From: Gammaproteobacteria bacterium
GTDB taxonomy: Bacteria > Pseudomonadota > Gammaproteobacteria > Steroidobacterales > SZUA-146
DNA length: 64,000 nt
Direction of reading: 5' to 3'
Assembly (NCBI GenBank): GCA_045107075.1
Contig: JBGCFV010000001.1
Span: forward strand, 47,245 to 111,244
A program made the translations under genes and the position numbers. This document shows, one piece after another, positions 50,071 to 59,692 of the stretch. Position 1 is the first letter of the stretch, and each line of letters starts with the position of its first letter. The notes below the pieces were generated by a model, which saw only the letters and a list, made by a program, of their open reading frames with translations, did not search any database and was not told the DNA's origin.

Positions 50071-51477
50071 TTGTTAAACCTGATCTCAGTCGTATCGGAC
50101 CCGTTGGTTGTTATCAGCGAAACGGGCGATATTAAGTCGGTTAACGAGCCGATGCTGGAGCTGCTTCGCATGAGTTTCAATACGGCGTCCTCATACAACG
50201 TCCGCGACTACGTATCAGATGAAACGTTCGATTCGCTGATTCGAAGCGGAATCCCAATGGCAAGAACTAAAGTGTTTCGCGCTCCGGTCGAACTTATTGA
50301 TACTCAGCATCAAACTCACCGGACAGAAGCTCGCTTGGTATTTTTAGGAGAGAACAAAGATTTTCCAAATTGTTTTGCGCTACTACTCGACGGGCGCTCG
50401 TTTGCGGTTCGCAAAGCCTACGGGTTGAACGCAACAGAAGTGCCTCATCGCATTCGTGTCAGAGATCACGGCGCGGGCCTGATTATTGAATTTAGTGCTG
50501 AAGGTGTAATTGACGCAATCAGCGATGACACGGAAATAATGACCGGCTGCGATCAACCAGCGGTTCCAGGTCAGGTCATCTGGGATCTGAATTGCTGGGC
50601 TGACAGCCCCGAGTTTGAAAAAGAAATCAAGAGCTGCCTCTACACGCTCACCAAGGCCGAAAAAGCATACATGCCGGCTCGTCTAAATCATGCTACTGGT
50701 GAAACCGTTTGGCTTGAACTGTGTATTTCCACGACGCGCGACGGCCGCTATTTAGTTGAAGGCTTTGACGTGACGTCTCGAGTAATTGCTGAAATGGGGC
50801 AGCGTCAGTACACGGAGCGACTGGCTCAATTGTCGCACCAGTTAATACGCGCTCAGGAATCCGAGCGACGTCGCATAGCACAGGAACTGCACGACCAGAT
50901 TGGGCAGCTACTGACGGCTCTGCGGCTTGGTTTGCACAGCGTTCGACGCAACGTAGAGACCGACAATATTCGGTCTCGAGTGGACGTCTCGATGGAAACG
51001 GTTGACAAGGTATTGGGACATGTTCGGTCTCTGTCACTTGATTTACGTCCGGCCATGCTCGACGACCTCGGGCTGGCGGCCGCCCTTAACTGGTTCGGAG
51101 CCCGGCAGTCAGAGCTGACCGGTCTTCGTGTTGAAGTGTTCACAGACCACCTCGAAACGCGTTTGCCGAATACCATTGAGATCGCTGGCTTTCGCATTGT
51201 TCAGGAAGCCGTGTCCAATGCCATGCGACACAGTCAGTCTGAAGAAATACACATTTCAATGCGCTCAATGAATCAAATGCTTGAGCTCGTTGTGGAAGAT
51301 TTTGGTAGAGGCTTTGATGCCGAAACGGCCATGCGGGGTTCGTCAACGACGGGCAGCGTGGGGCTTGAAAGTATGCAGCAGCGTGTTGCGCTGGTGGGTG
51401 GTGAGTTCAACTTAGCGTCGATGGAAGGGCGCGGGAGTCGCGTTCGTGTACGCATTCCGATTAATCAACAGATATAA
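50071..51477 (+). CDS. PAS-domain sensor histidine kinase (HisKA_3, NarX/UhpB type)
   Basis: QESERRRIAQELHDQIGQ, LRPAMLDDLGL, FRIVQEAVSNA, EDFGRGF, GLESM; no TM segment seen. Confidence 0.9.
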   Translation: MLNLISVVSDPLVVISETGDIKSVNEPMLELLRMSFNTASSYNVRDYVSDETFDSLIRSGIPMARTKVFRAPVELIDTQHQTHRTEARLVFLGENKDFPNCFALLLDGRSFAVRKAYGLNATEVPHRIRVRDHGAGLIIEFSAEGVIDAISDDTEIMTGCDQPAVPGQVIWDLNCWADSPEFEKEIKSCLYTLTKAEKAYMPARLNHATGETVWLELCISTTRDGRYLVEGFDVTSRVIAEMGQRQYTERLAQLSHQLIRAQESERRRIAQELHDQIGQLLTALRLGLHSVRRNVETDNIRSRVDVSMETVDKVLGHVRSLSLDLRPAMLDDLGLAAALNWFGARQSELTGLRVEVFTDHLETRLPNTIEIAGFRIVQEAVSNAMRHSQSEEIHISMRSMNQMLELVVEDFGRGFDAETAMRGSSTTGSVGLESMQQRVALVGGEFNLASMEGRGSRVRVRIPINQQI

Positions 51478-51489
51478 AAAGGTGGCAAA

Positions 51490-52140
51490 ATGACGATTAG
51501 AGTACTGCTTGCAGAAGATCACGCCATGGTTCGATCCGGTCTACGGTCGCTTCTAGACGACGTAGACGGCATTGAAGTTGTGGGTGAAGCCAGTAACGGA
51601 CGACAGGCATTACAGCTTGTTCGACAAACGCCGGTAGACGTGGTGGTTATGGACATTACCATGCCTGGCCTTAACGGCCTTGAGGCAACCTCACGGTTGA
51701 GTAAATCACACCCTGAAGTTAACGTATTAATGTTGTCGATGTTCGCCAACGAAGAGCACATTGTGCAGGCGCTGCGGCAAGGTGCTTCCGGGTATCTTGT
51801 AAAAGACGCAGCGGCTTCTGAACTTGAAATTGCCATTCAGACAGTCGCACGTGGAGACCGATACCTCGGTAACTCCATTGACGCCTTGCGAGTGGTCCGC
51901 CATCTCGAGGCTCCGGGCGGAGGTAGTAGTTCGCTCGATAGACTCACTCCTCGGCAGCGCGAAATTTTACAGTTGGTCGTTGAGGGCAACAAGACGCGGG
52001 AAATAGCAGAAATGCTCGCGGTCAGTGTTAAAACCGTGGAGACTCACCGCGCTCAGCTAATGGACCGATTGGGCATTCGTGACGTGGCGGGTCTGGTTAA
52101 ATATTCCATTCGCGTCGGTTTGCTGTCGGCTAACAGCTAG
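51490..52140 (+). CDS. NarL/LuxR-family response regulator
   Basis: AEDH…VVMDITMP…GYLVK receiver; LTPRQREIL…KTVETHR HTH. Confidence 0.93.
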   Translation: MTIRVLLAEDHAMVRSGLRSLLDDVDGIEVVGEASNGRQALQLVRQTPVDVVVMDITMPGLNGLEATSRLSKSHPEVNVLMLSMFANEEHIVQALRQGASGYLVKDAAASELEIAIQTVARGDRYLGNSIDALRVVRHLEAPGGGSSSLDRLTPRQREILQLVVEGNKTREIAEMLAVSVKTVETHRAQLMDRLGIRDVAGLVKYSIRVGLLSANS

Positions 52141-52445
52141 TCACCGCACATTTTGCAAAACCCCGGCTGATATACGCTCAACCCGCGCGATCTCAGCTGG
52201 GGACTTTTTCCCAGTTACAAAGCACATGCTTAAGCTATTGTTTTTTCAGGGTTAAAGGCTTTACCGGTTGGGAGCCTTTTCCCAACAGAGCACCGCGCTT
52301 CTCATTGCGCGCACCACTTGTACTATCAAGCTTATAAGAAGCACTGAACAAAAAGTGCAAAGGGTTGAGAGGTGTTGAAAGGATCAACATCGAATTCACA
52401 AGTGGGGGTGACGACAGGTCCGTCGTTAGTCTTGTGTAGTGCTAC

Positions 52446-52823
52446 ATGACAACAATAAAATTGATGGTGCTTGACGAAAACGCAGAGTTTCTCGAGTCAC
52501 TACAACAGTACGCGCAAATTATTCCGGAAGTGCGGGTGCTTGACGTCACGACTAATGTCTCAAAGGTAGTTGAGCTCTATAAGGGTGATGACCCGGACGT
52601 GATTTTTTACGCGTCGGGGCTCATTAAAGCGCTGGGGCCGGATACGTTTAACGAGATGAAGGCCAAGTGGCCTGAGGCGTTGTTCTATCGTTTAACCTTG
52701 TTCGACGAGTCGTTTTACGATGAATTCGCTTTGAATAAAGGTTTCGAAGGTTCCGTGCCACGCTCTCGCATTGAGCATCATTTCGAGAGAGTGATTGATG
52801 CTGTAAAGGCTTCCAGAGACTGA
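52446..52823 (+). CDS. Stand-alone pseudo-receiver domain protein
   Basis: Aligns by eye with the neighbouring receiver (IKLMVLDE…PDVIFYA…GFEGSVPR), but the phospho-Asp is replaced by Ala. Confidence 0.6.
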   Translation: MTTIKLMVLDENAEFLESLQQYAQIIPEVRVLDVTTNVSKVVELYKGDDPDVIFYASGLIKALGPDTFNEMKAKWPEALFYRLTLFDESFYDEFALNKGFEGSVPRSRIEHHFERVIDAVKASRD

Positions 52824-52857
52824 CGGCGCATTGGTAGTCGCCTTTGCGTTTTTATAA

Positions 52858-53541
52858 CTAAAGCTGCCGATCGTTTGCGCCTTCACGGTCGCTCCAGTGT
52901 AGAATACGCCGGGTGATAAACAGATAGAGACGTTTACCGGTTTGGCGCCACAGGCGTGAATGCAAGGCTGGCGTGTCTAATATTCGTCGCTCTCGCGCTG
53001 TAAGATGCTCCGGAATATAGCTGCGTTTGTGTTTGAGTAAATGACGGACGTCTTCCATTGCCAACACGCGAAACAAGCGGCTACGCTTGTGGAAGACGCC
53101 AGCTAGCTGAAAGTCAACCAGGCCTGCTGTACCGTCAGGTTGGACCAGCCAGTTGGGCTCTTTGGCGCTGTCGTTGTGTACGACACCGGCCTTGTGCAGC
53201 GAGCGTAGCAAGGTGCGGGCACTGCGAAAGTACTCGGGGTCGCGGGGTTTCACCGCCTGCATGGGTTCCCCATCCACAAAAGTGCGCCTTAACGAGCACT
53301 TGTCCCAGGACAGCAAAGCAGGTAAAGCTGGCGAGTGAGGTAACGCTGCAAGAGCTCGAGCTTCACGGTTAGCAAGCATTCTGGCCAGCGGTAAGGTCCA
53401 CCAACGTGCCGAGCGCAAGTCGCGGACGATGACAGGGCGAGCTTCATGCTGTTCGGCGGTGCGTTCCAGGTATATATGACCGAACAAATCGGTTTTCAGT
53501 ATAGTCTGTCCGGTTTTCAATTGTGGGTCTGCCGAGCTCAT
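52858..53541 (-). CDS. RIO-like/Ser-Thr kinase-family protein
   Basis: REARALAAL, LHKAGVVHNDSAKEPNWL, LVDFQLA. Confidence 0.8.
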   Translation of the reverse strand: MSSADPQLKTGQTILKTDLFGHIYLERTAEQHEARPVIVRDLRSARWWTLPLARMLANREARALAALPHSPALPALLSWDKCSLRRTFVDGEPMQAVKPRDPEYFRSARTLLRSLHKAGVVHNDSAKEPNWLVQPDGTAGLVDFQLAGVFHKRSRLFRVLAMEDVRHLLKHKRSYIPEHLTARERRILDTPALHSRLWRQTGKRLYLFITRRILHWSDREGANDRQL

Positions 53542-53705
53542 TGGATGGTTACCGAAGGAGGTTGATAAAGTCATGTCTGTTGATGCAATCGCTGCAAGTC
53601 GTTACCGTTCTGTCTGACTTGCCTTCGCGCCCTCTAGAGACTGCCTTTTTTGGAACAAAGATTATGGTCGAAAATGTTGTTTAATCTCGCGACGAGGAGT
53701 CGTGC

Positions 53706-54683
53706 ATGGTAACACTCATGGAGTCAGCACGAGCGCTGCTGGATAGCACGGGTGTGTTCACGACCGCGCGCCTTTTCGAAAGTGTAGCGCCAGACAGTAT
53801 TGAGCCGTATCTGCAGCAATGCGAAGTGCTGGAAATCGACGCGGGTGAGGTGCTTCTGACTCCTAAAAGTACCAACCTTAATCTCTATATTCTGACCAGT
53901 GGCGGACTTGAAGTCAGGCTGGATTCGCTTGACCAAGGACCTTTAACCCGCATATCGCCCGGGGAGTGTGTCGGGGAAATGTCGATGATTGAGGGTTGTT
54001 CACCATCCGCGTTTGTGGTCGCCTCAGTGCCTTCACAGGTCTTGGCCATATCGCGCGAGCTGCTGTGGGCGATGGTCGGAGCCAGCCACGCCATTGCCCG
54101 GAATTTGCTGGTGATACTAAGCGGGCGGCTGCGAACTGATAACGCCATCATCGCAGACAGCGCCGTTATTATCCGCCACTTTCAAAAAAAATCGTTCACC
54201 GACGCGCTCACCGGCCTGAATAATCGTCGCTGGATGGAGGACTATTTCACGCGTGAACTGGCGCGCTGCCAGACAGAGCGGCAGTCGGCCGTAATGGCTC
54301 TGGTGGACATAGATCACTTCAGCGTCTTCAATAACCAGTTCGGTCATCTGGTCGGTGATATGGCCCTGGGGGCCGTGGCCGAAGTGCTTACCGCTCGTTT
54401 TCGCACTGGCGATATGGTGGCCCGACACGGTGGAGATGAATTCGCTATTTTGCTACCCAACATCGATCTGGACGGAGCCCGCAGCATAGTCGAGCGCGTC
54501 CGGGCCGGACTCGTGAAAGCCAGTGACCGGTTGGCGACATCGGTGCCCGATTGCGTCGGTATTACCGTGTCGGTGGGTATTGCGGTGATCAGTAGTGGCG
54601 ACTCGTTGGAAACCCTGATGAGCAGAGCGGACAAAGCGCTTTACCGGGCCAAGGAAAAGGGGCGGAATAAAATCTCCGATTAG
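53706..54683 (+). CDS. cNMP-binding-domain diguanylate cyclase
   Basis: cNMP fold (LYILTSG…GECVGEMS…SAFV); DALTGLNNRR, RTGD, GGDEF. Confidence 0.9.
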   Translation: MVTLMESARALLDSTGVFTTARLFESVAPDSIEPYLQQCEVLEIDAGEVLLTPKSTNLNLYILTSGGLEVRLDSLDQGPLTRISPGECVGEMSMIEGCSPSAFVVASVPSQVLAISRELLWAMVGASHAIARNLLVILSGRLRTDNAIIADSAVIIRHFQKKSFTDALTGLNNRRWMEDYFTRELARCQTERQSAVMALVDIDHFSVFNNQFGHLVGDMALGAVAEVLTARFRTGDMVARHGGDEFAILLPNIDLDGARSIVERVRAGLVKASDRLATSVPDCVGITVSVGIAVISSGDSLETLMSRADKALYRAKEKGRNKISD

Positions 54684-54782
54684 ACGGAGTCGCTACGCTT
54701 TATTATCCGACAATGGTATTCTCTTACCGCGCTGCAGAAGTGGCGCTAAAATACCTCTAGACTAACAATTCGGAAGCCCTAA

Positions 54783-55106
54783 ATGTTAATAAGAATCAGC
54801 ATTTTAACAGTGTTGCTCAGTTTCATGAGTCTGTCAGCCCCCGCGGCACATGCCGACGGTGACGCGCAGGCCGGCCGCAAAAAGGCGGAAACCTGTATTG
54901 GATGCCACGGCATCGAAGGTTACAAAAATACCTATCCGACTTACAGAGTCCCCAAGTTAAAGGGTCAGCACGGTGCCTACATTGCACTCGCACTGAAAGC
55001 TTATCGTACTGGAGAACGCACTCATCCAACCATGCGTTCGCAGGCCGGCACGCTGTCCGATCAGGACATCGCCGATATTGCCGCCTACATCGATTCGCTG
55101 AAGTAA
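54783..55106 (+). CDS. Cytochrome c (c553/c4-like)
   Basis: Signal peptide, CIGCH, PKLKGQ, axial Met (PTM). Confidence 0.92.
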   Translation: MLIRISILTVLLSFMSLSAPAAHADGDAQAGRKKAETCIGCHGIEGYKNTYPTYRVPKLKGQHGAYIALALKAYRTGERTHPTMRSQAGTLSDQDIADIAAYIDSLK

Positions 55107-55117
55107 GGGAGAATACA

Positions 55118-55492
55118 GTGACCAAATTTCTGCACAATCTTATTAAAGTGAGCGCTATTGTGGCGCTCGTTACGGGTTCATCAATCGCGATTGCGAGCGA
55201 CGAAGCGGGTGGCCACGCGGCTGAAAAACCGGCTCGCTCGGGTGAAGAATTATCCAAGACGTGCTCAGCTTGTCACGGTGCCAAGGGCGTCTCGGTTTCA
55301 GCTGACTTTCCTAATCTGGCTGGTCAATACCCAAGCTACTTGCTACACGCTCTCAAGGGCTACCGCTCAGGCGAGCGTAATAACGCGATCATGCAAAGCT
55401 TCGTCAAAGACATGTCCGACGAGGAGCTTGAGAACCTGTCGACATTTTACGGTTCCGGAGACGGCTTGGGCACGCTTCCTAACGAAGACTGA
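55118..55492 (+). CDS. Cytochrome c (c553/c4-like)
   Basis: GTG start after a GGGAG RBS; signal peptide, CSACH, PNLAGQ, AIM. Confidence 0.9.
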   Translation: MTKFLHNLIKVSAIVALVTGSSIAIASDEAGGHAAEKPARSGEELSKTCSACHGAKGVSVSADFPNLAGQYPSYLLHALKGYRSGERNNAIMQSFVKDMSDEELENLSTFYGSGDGLGTLPNED

Positions 55493-55515
55493 TCGGCTAA
55501 CGCCTGTATTACCAT

Positions 55516-55721
55516 TTTACTCGGCGACGACTGTTTACGCCGGTACTACAATTTACTCAGCGACGACTGTAAGAGCGGCAGCTTGCCGAGAATGAGGTTT
55601 GTATTCGTAGGGGCCGCGTCTAGCCGCAAATGAGCATTTTTAGGAGCGGCATCTTGCCGCGCAGGCGCCATACAGCAAGAGCGGCATTGCGGGTTTGACC
55701 GCGGCAGGGCGCCGCTACTAC
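55516..55721. repeat. Direct repeat plus GTAG-type REP cluster
   Basis: TTTACTC.GCGACGACTGT twice (period 36); then GTAAGAGCGGCAGCTTGCCG, GTAGGGGCCGCGTCTAGCCGC, TAGGAGCGGCATCTTGCCGC and the inverted CCGCGGCAGGGCGCCGCTACTAC. Confidence 0.7.
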
Positions 55722-55944
55722 GCATGTGCCCGGCGCGACAGGGTAGCAGCAGAAGTTATCGCCCAGAGGCTGGTGCAATGACGCTTCGAACAAGAAAGTG
55801 CTGTTTATCCACGACCCAATTCAGATTGAATTTAGTCACCCCCATACTCTTTGCACGTTAGTTTGTCTGGGTAATAAAGTTGAGTCAGCGTACTGACTAA
55901 CATGCCGTCAGCAGGCAGGTGTCACACGACGGGAAAACGAAGCG

Positions 55945-57063
55945 ATGACGAGCGCTGATCCACCAATTATTAGACAGCAGGGAAACGAGCTTGCGCTAGG
56001 CGGTAACTGGCGTGCCGATCGCCTCACCGAACTGCCCAAAGCGCTTGCGGCGCACCGGGCAGAAACGTCCTCCACCTTAAAAATCGATGCCTCGGCAATC
56101 GAATCTCTCGACACAGCCGGTGCATGGTATTTCAGCAAAGCCTTGGCACAGCTGGCCGAAAGTGGCACTCGTGTCGAGGTGCAGGGTCTCCAAACGCATC
56201 ACGCAGCCATTGTTAAGCTGGTGAATGACAATGTGGTCCCGGAGTCAGAAATTCTGCGTGAGCAGCACCCTGGCTTTTTAGAATATCTCGGACGTGATGC
56301 CACCGAAACCTATCGCGGCTATCTGGCGTTCCTGGCGTTTATCGGCAAGCTAACGTTGTCCTCTTTGCGTATCGCATTAACGCCGGCACAGTTGCGCTGG
56401 TCTTCTGTCGTTAAACATATAGAAAGCGGTGGTTTCGATGCGCTCCCCATTATTGGTCTGCTGACATTTCTCTTGGGCGTAGTGATCGCTTATCAGGGTG
56501 GCAGCGCTCTGGCCGCCTACGGCGCCAGCATTTATACAGCAGACTTTGTTGCGCTCGCTATGGTGCGTGAACTGTCACCATTGATAACCGCGATTATCGT
56601 GGCTGGCCGAACAGGCTCTGCGTACACGGCCGAAATTGCCACTATGAAGGTCACCGAAGAAATCGACGCGCTGCGTACTATGGGCATATCGCCTCTGGAA
56701 GAGTTGGCGTTGCCGAAGTTTTTCGCGTTATTGGTATCGCTGCCGTTGTTAACGGTGTTTGGCGATATCATGGGGCTGGTAGGTGGAATGGTTATGACGA
56801 ATAATTTGCTGGATATTAGCTTTAGTCTTTTTGTTGACCGCGTAACGCACACAGTTTCACCAGTCGATATTCTGGTGGGCATTGGCAAGGCGCCGGTATT
56901 TGCATTAATGATAGCGGCCGTTGGCTGCTATCAAGGTTTTGAAGTAAAAGCCGGGGCCGAACAGGTCGGGCATCAAACCACGGTGAGCGTTGTTCAGGCA
57001 ATTTTTCTGGTGCTGGTTACCGATGCCTTGTTTTCTATTGTTTTCAGTAAGATCGGAATTTAA
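55945..57063 (+). CDS. MlaE-family ABC permease with N-terminal STAS-like domain
   Basis: LDTAGAW; RELSPLITAIIVAGRTGSA…EEIDALRTMG. Confidence 0.92.
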   Translation: MTSADPPIIRQQGNELALGGNWRADRLTELPKALAAHRAETSSTLKIDASAIESLDTAGAWYFSKALAQLAESGTRVEVQGLQTHHAAIVKLVNDNVVPESEILREQHPGFLEYLGRDATETYRGYLAFLAFIGKLTLSSLRIALTPAQLRWSSVVKHIESGGFDALPIIGLLTFLLGVVIAYQGGSALAAYGASIYTADFVALAMVRELSPLITAIIVAGRTGSAYTAEIATMKVTEEIDALRTMGISPLEELALPKFFALLVSLPLLTVFGDIMGLVGGMVMTNNLLDISFSLFVDRVTHTVSPVDILVGIGKAPVFALMIAAVGCYQGFEVKAGAEQVGHQTTVSVVQAIFLVLVTDALFSIVFSKIGI

Positions 57064-57065
57064 AC

Positions 57066-57830
57066 GTGAGCGAAACAACACACGAAAACATAGTTGAAGT
57101 GCGAGACGTCGTAACGCGTTTTGGTTCCAAGGTTGTGCACGACGGCGTGTCCTTTGATATTCGCCGCGGTGAAGTATTTGCCGTGGTAGGTGGCAGCGGC
57201 AGCGGAAAATCTACAATCATGCGACACATCGTCATGCTGTCCCAACCGAATTCAGGGTCTATTAAAGTATTCGGCGACGAGGTAACGCAGCTAGGCGAAA
57301 TCGAGTCGCTCTCTGTGCGCAAACGAATTGGAGTCATGTTCCAGTACGGCGCGTTGTTTTCAGACAAGAACGTGCTTGAAAATGTCGGCGTGCCGTTACG
57401 CGAGCACACCGACCTGGACGATGAATTCATCGACGAGCTTGCGGTTATCAAACTCAAGCTGTCGAATCTGGACGCGAGCGTGGCGCCCCTTATGTCGTCG
57501 GAGTTAAGTGGCGGTATGAGAAAGCGGGCTGCTCTGGCCCGAGCGATTGCCCTCGATCCGGAACTGCTGGTGCTCGATGAGCCGGGTTCCGGTCTCGACC
57601 CGGTCAGTGCACGGGCACTTGACGAATTAATTGTGCAACTCAAAGAGCTGCTGGGGCTGACTATTGTCATGATTACTCACGACATGAACTCGCTTTTAAA
57701 TGTGGCCGACAGGGCGGTCTTTCTCGGGCGAAAGATTGCGCTCGCGTGCGATTCACCGGAAGAGTTGGCAAATTCGGAGTACGAAGAAGTGGCCGAGTTT
57801 TTTGCGCCTGCCAGGCGGGAGCAAACGTGA
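57066..57830 (+). CDS. MlaF-family ABC ATPase
   Basis: GGSGSGKS, FQYGALF, LSGGMRKR, LDEP. Confidence 0.93.
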   Translation: MSETTHENIVEVRDVVTRFGSKVVHDGVSFDIRRGEVFAVVGGSGSGKSTIMRHIVMLSQPNSGSIKVFGDEVTQLGEIESLSVRKRIGVMFQYGALFSDKNVLENVGVPLREHTDLDDEFIDELAVIKLKLSNLDASVAPLMSSELSGGMRKRAALARAIALDPELLVLDEPGSGLDPVSARALDELIVQLKELLGLTIVMITHDMNSLLNVADRAVFLGRKIALACDSPEELANSEYEEVAEFFAPARREQT

Positions 57831-57969
57831 TTCTCCTCAGGTATTCAAAGGCGTTAAGTGGCCGCACTCGCGATGATACCGGTTGCCGTCGCCCCGGTTT
57901 TCGCGCACCAGTAACAAGTGCGTATACTTGCCGTAGTTTTTCAATTCAATTTAATCCAAAGGCTGTTCT

Positions 57970-58917
57970 ATGACGCCACGTTCCAGCTATGTTCTCGTCG
58001 GTGTTTTTGTGCTCATGCTTGGGGCCGCGCTGATCGCAGGACTGCTTTGGTTAACCACCGGCGGTCCGCCGCGCGATTACGCGGGCTATCTGGTCTACAT
58101 GACCGAATCGGTGTCTGGACTCAACGTAGACGCCGAGGTTAAGTACCGGGGCGTGAGCGTTGGCAGGGTAAGTGAAGTCAAGCTTGATCCCGAGAACTTC
58201 GAGCGTGTGCGCATTGTGTTGCTTGTATTGGAAGACATACCGATCAAGACCGACACTGTTGCCACGCTTGAGCTTCAAGGGATAACCGGCATCGCTATTA
58301 TTAACCTCACGGGCGGCTCTACGGAGGCCGGACAGGTCAAGCGCGTTGGTGACGAAGAATACCCAATCATTGCCAGTCGACCGTCACTGCTGATGAGGTT
58401 GGATGACAGCATCTCCGAACTGTTTACCAGTATTAAGGAAACCAGCGACCGTATGGCCGAAATGCTCAACAAAGAGAATCAAGCCACAATCACAGCAACG
58501 CTACACAACGCGGAGAGCATGACTGCCAGTCTCAGCGCTCGTGCGGATGAGCTGACCGAGTTAATGGCTAATACGAATACACTGGTTTCAAAACTGGATA
58601 CTGCGACGGCAAGGTTGCCTGATTTAGTGGATCAGTTTACCCGGACCGCCGGTGCGCTTGAGGCGATGGCAACGAACATGGCGGATGCCGCCGATACGCT
58701 GCTGGAGACAAGCAGTGACTTGAAAGTTACCGTTGCCAGTAGTGGTGCAGACGTACGCGCTTTTACGTCAAGTGCACTGCCTCAGGCCAGTCAACTCGTG
58801 CAAGAACTCAAAATTACGGCGGGTAATTTGCGTGCGGTCAGCGAATCACTCCAGGATGATCCGAGTCGTGTGCTGTTTGGTGGTCCTGAACGTGAACCTG
58901 GACCCGGAGAAAAATAA
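57970..58917 (+). CDS. MlaD/MCE-domain protein
   Basis: N-terminal TM helix; SVSGL…VKYRGVSVGRV…QGITG; helical C-terminus. Confidence 0.92.
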   Translation: MTPRSSYVLVGVFVLMLGAALIAGLLWLTTGGPPRDYAGYLVYMTESVSGLNVDAEVKYRGVSVGRVSEVKLDPENFERVRIVLLVLEDIPIKTDTVATLELQGITGIAIINLTGGSTEAGQVKRVGDEEYPIIASRPSLLMRLDDSISELFTSIKETSDRMAEMLNKENQATITATLHNAESMTASLSARADELTELMANTNTLVSKLDTATARLPDLVDQFTRTAGALEAMATNMADAADTLLETSSDLKVTVASSGADVRAFTSSALPQASQLVQELKITAGNLRAVSESLQDDPSRVLFGGPEREPGPGEK

Positions 58918-59609
58918 TGCCTGTGAATTACGTACCTTTTCGGGGAGAAGCTAGACCTTCACTGAGAAATGAACAAAGAAGCGCATTCAGGTTGGCGAGT
59001 CTCGCTCTTTGCTGTCTTGCGGTATCGGCTTGCGGCGTGCTGCCTTCTTTCGGTACGAAGAGTGAACGAAGAGAGCAGATATACACATTGGACCCAGCTA
59101 TTTCTGTTGTTCCGGTTAGCACAGAACAATGCACGAGCCTGGCGCTGGGTGATGCTCTGGCCGCTCCGGGCTACCGAACATCCCGAATGGCTTATAGCAC
59201 GGCCCCTTTCGAAATAAATTATTTCGCTTACGCGCGGTGGGCCGATTCGGTAGCAAGATTATTGCGCAGACCTTTGCAGCGGGCATTCGAAGCTCACGGT
59301 GGTTTTGCTGAAGTGTTGGCGGCACCTGCACTAGCGCCCACCGATTTCAGGGCAGAGCTTGGCGACGTGAGTCTTGTGCAACGGTTCGAGTCGCGACAAA
59401 GCGCACAGTCGATCGTTGAGCTGACCGCCAGTATTCGTGTTTTTTCGGTCAATCCGAATCAGGTTTTGGCATCCAAACTGGTACAGCTTAACCTACCGGC
59501 TCCGGGTGATCCGGCCAGTGGTGTGAACGTTGCTAATGATCTCGTGAGTCAATTAATTAACGAAGCCGTTTCACTTACATATCTGGCCTGCACTAGTGCG
59601 AAGCCGTAG
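58917..59609 (+). CDS. ABC-transport auxiliary lipoprotein (PqiC-like)
   Basis: Lipobox VSAC; MAYS…YFAYARWAD; last gene of the MCE operon. Confidence 0.8.
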   Translation: MPVNYVPFRGEARPSLRNEQRSAFRLASLALCCLAVSACGVLPSFGTKSERREQIYTLDPAISVVPVSTEQCTSLALGDALAAPGYRTSRMAYSTAPFEINYFAYARWADSVARLLRRPLQRAFEAHGGFAEVLAAPALAPTDFRAELGDVSLVQRFESRQSAQSIVELTASIRVFSVNPNQVLASKLVQLNLPAPGDPASGVNVANDLVSQLINEAVSLTYLACTSAKP

Positions 59610-59692
59610 CCGAGTCGCGTCACTTTGCTTTCATTTGGCTTATCTCGTTGCGGCCAAAGGTTGCCAAAGCGGCGGCGGGAGTAGGTAGCGCA

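Noticed and set aside
54902-55492. 196-aa ORF suggesting a fused or frameshifted di-heme cytochrome c4
   Set aside because: The second cytochrome has its own RBS, GTG start (55118) and signal peptide; the upstream extension overlaps the first gene out of frame.
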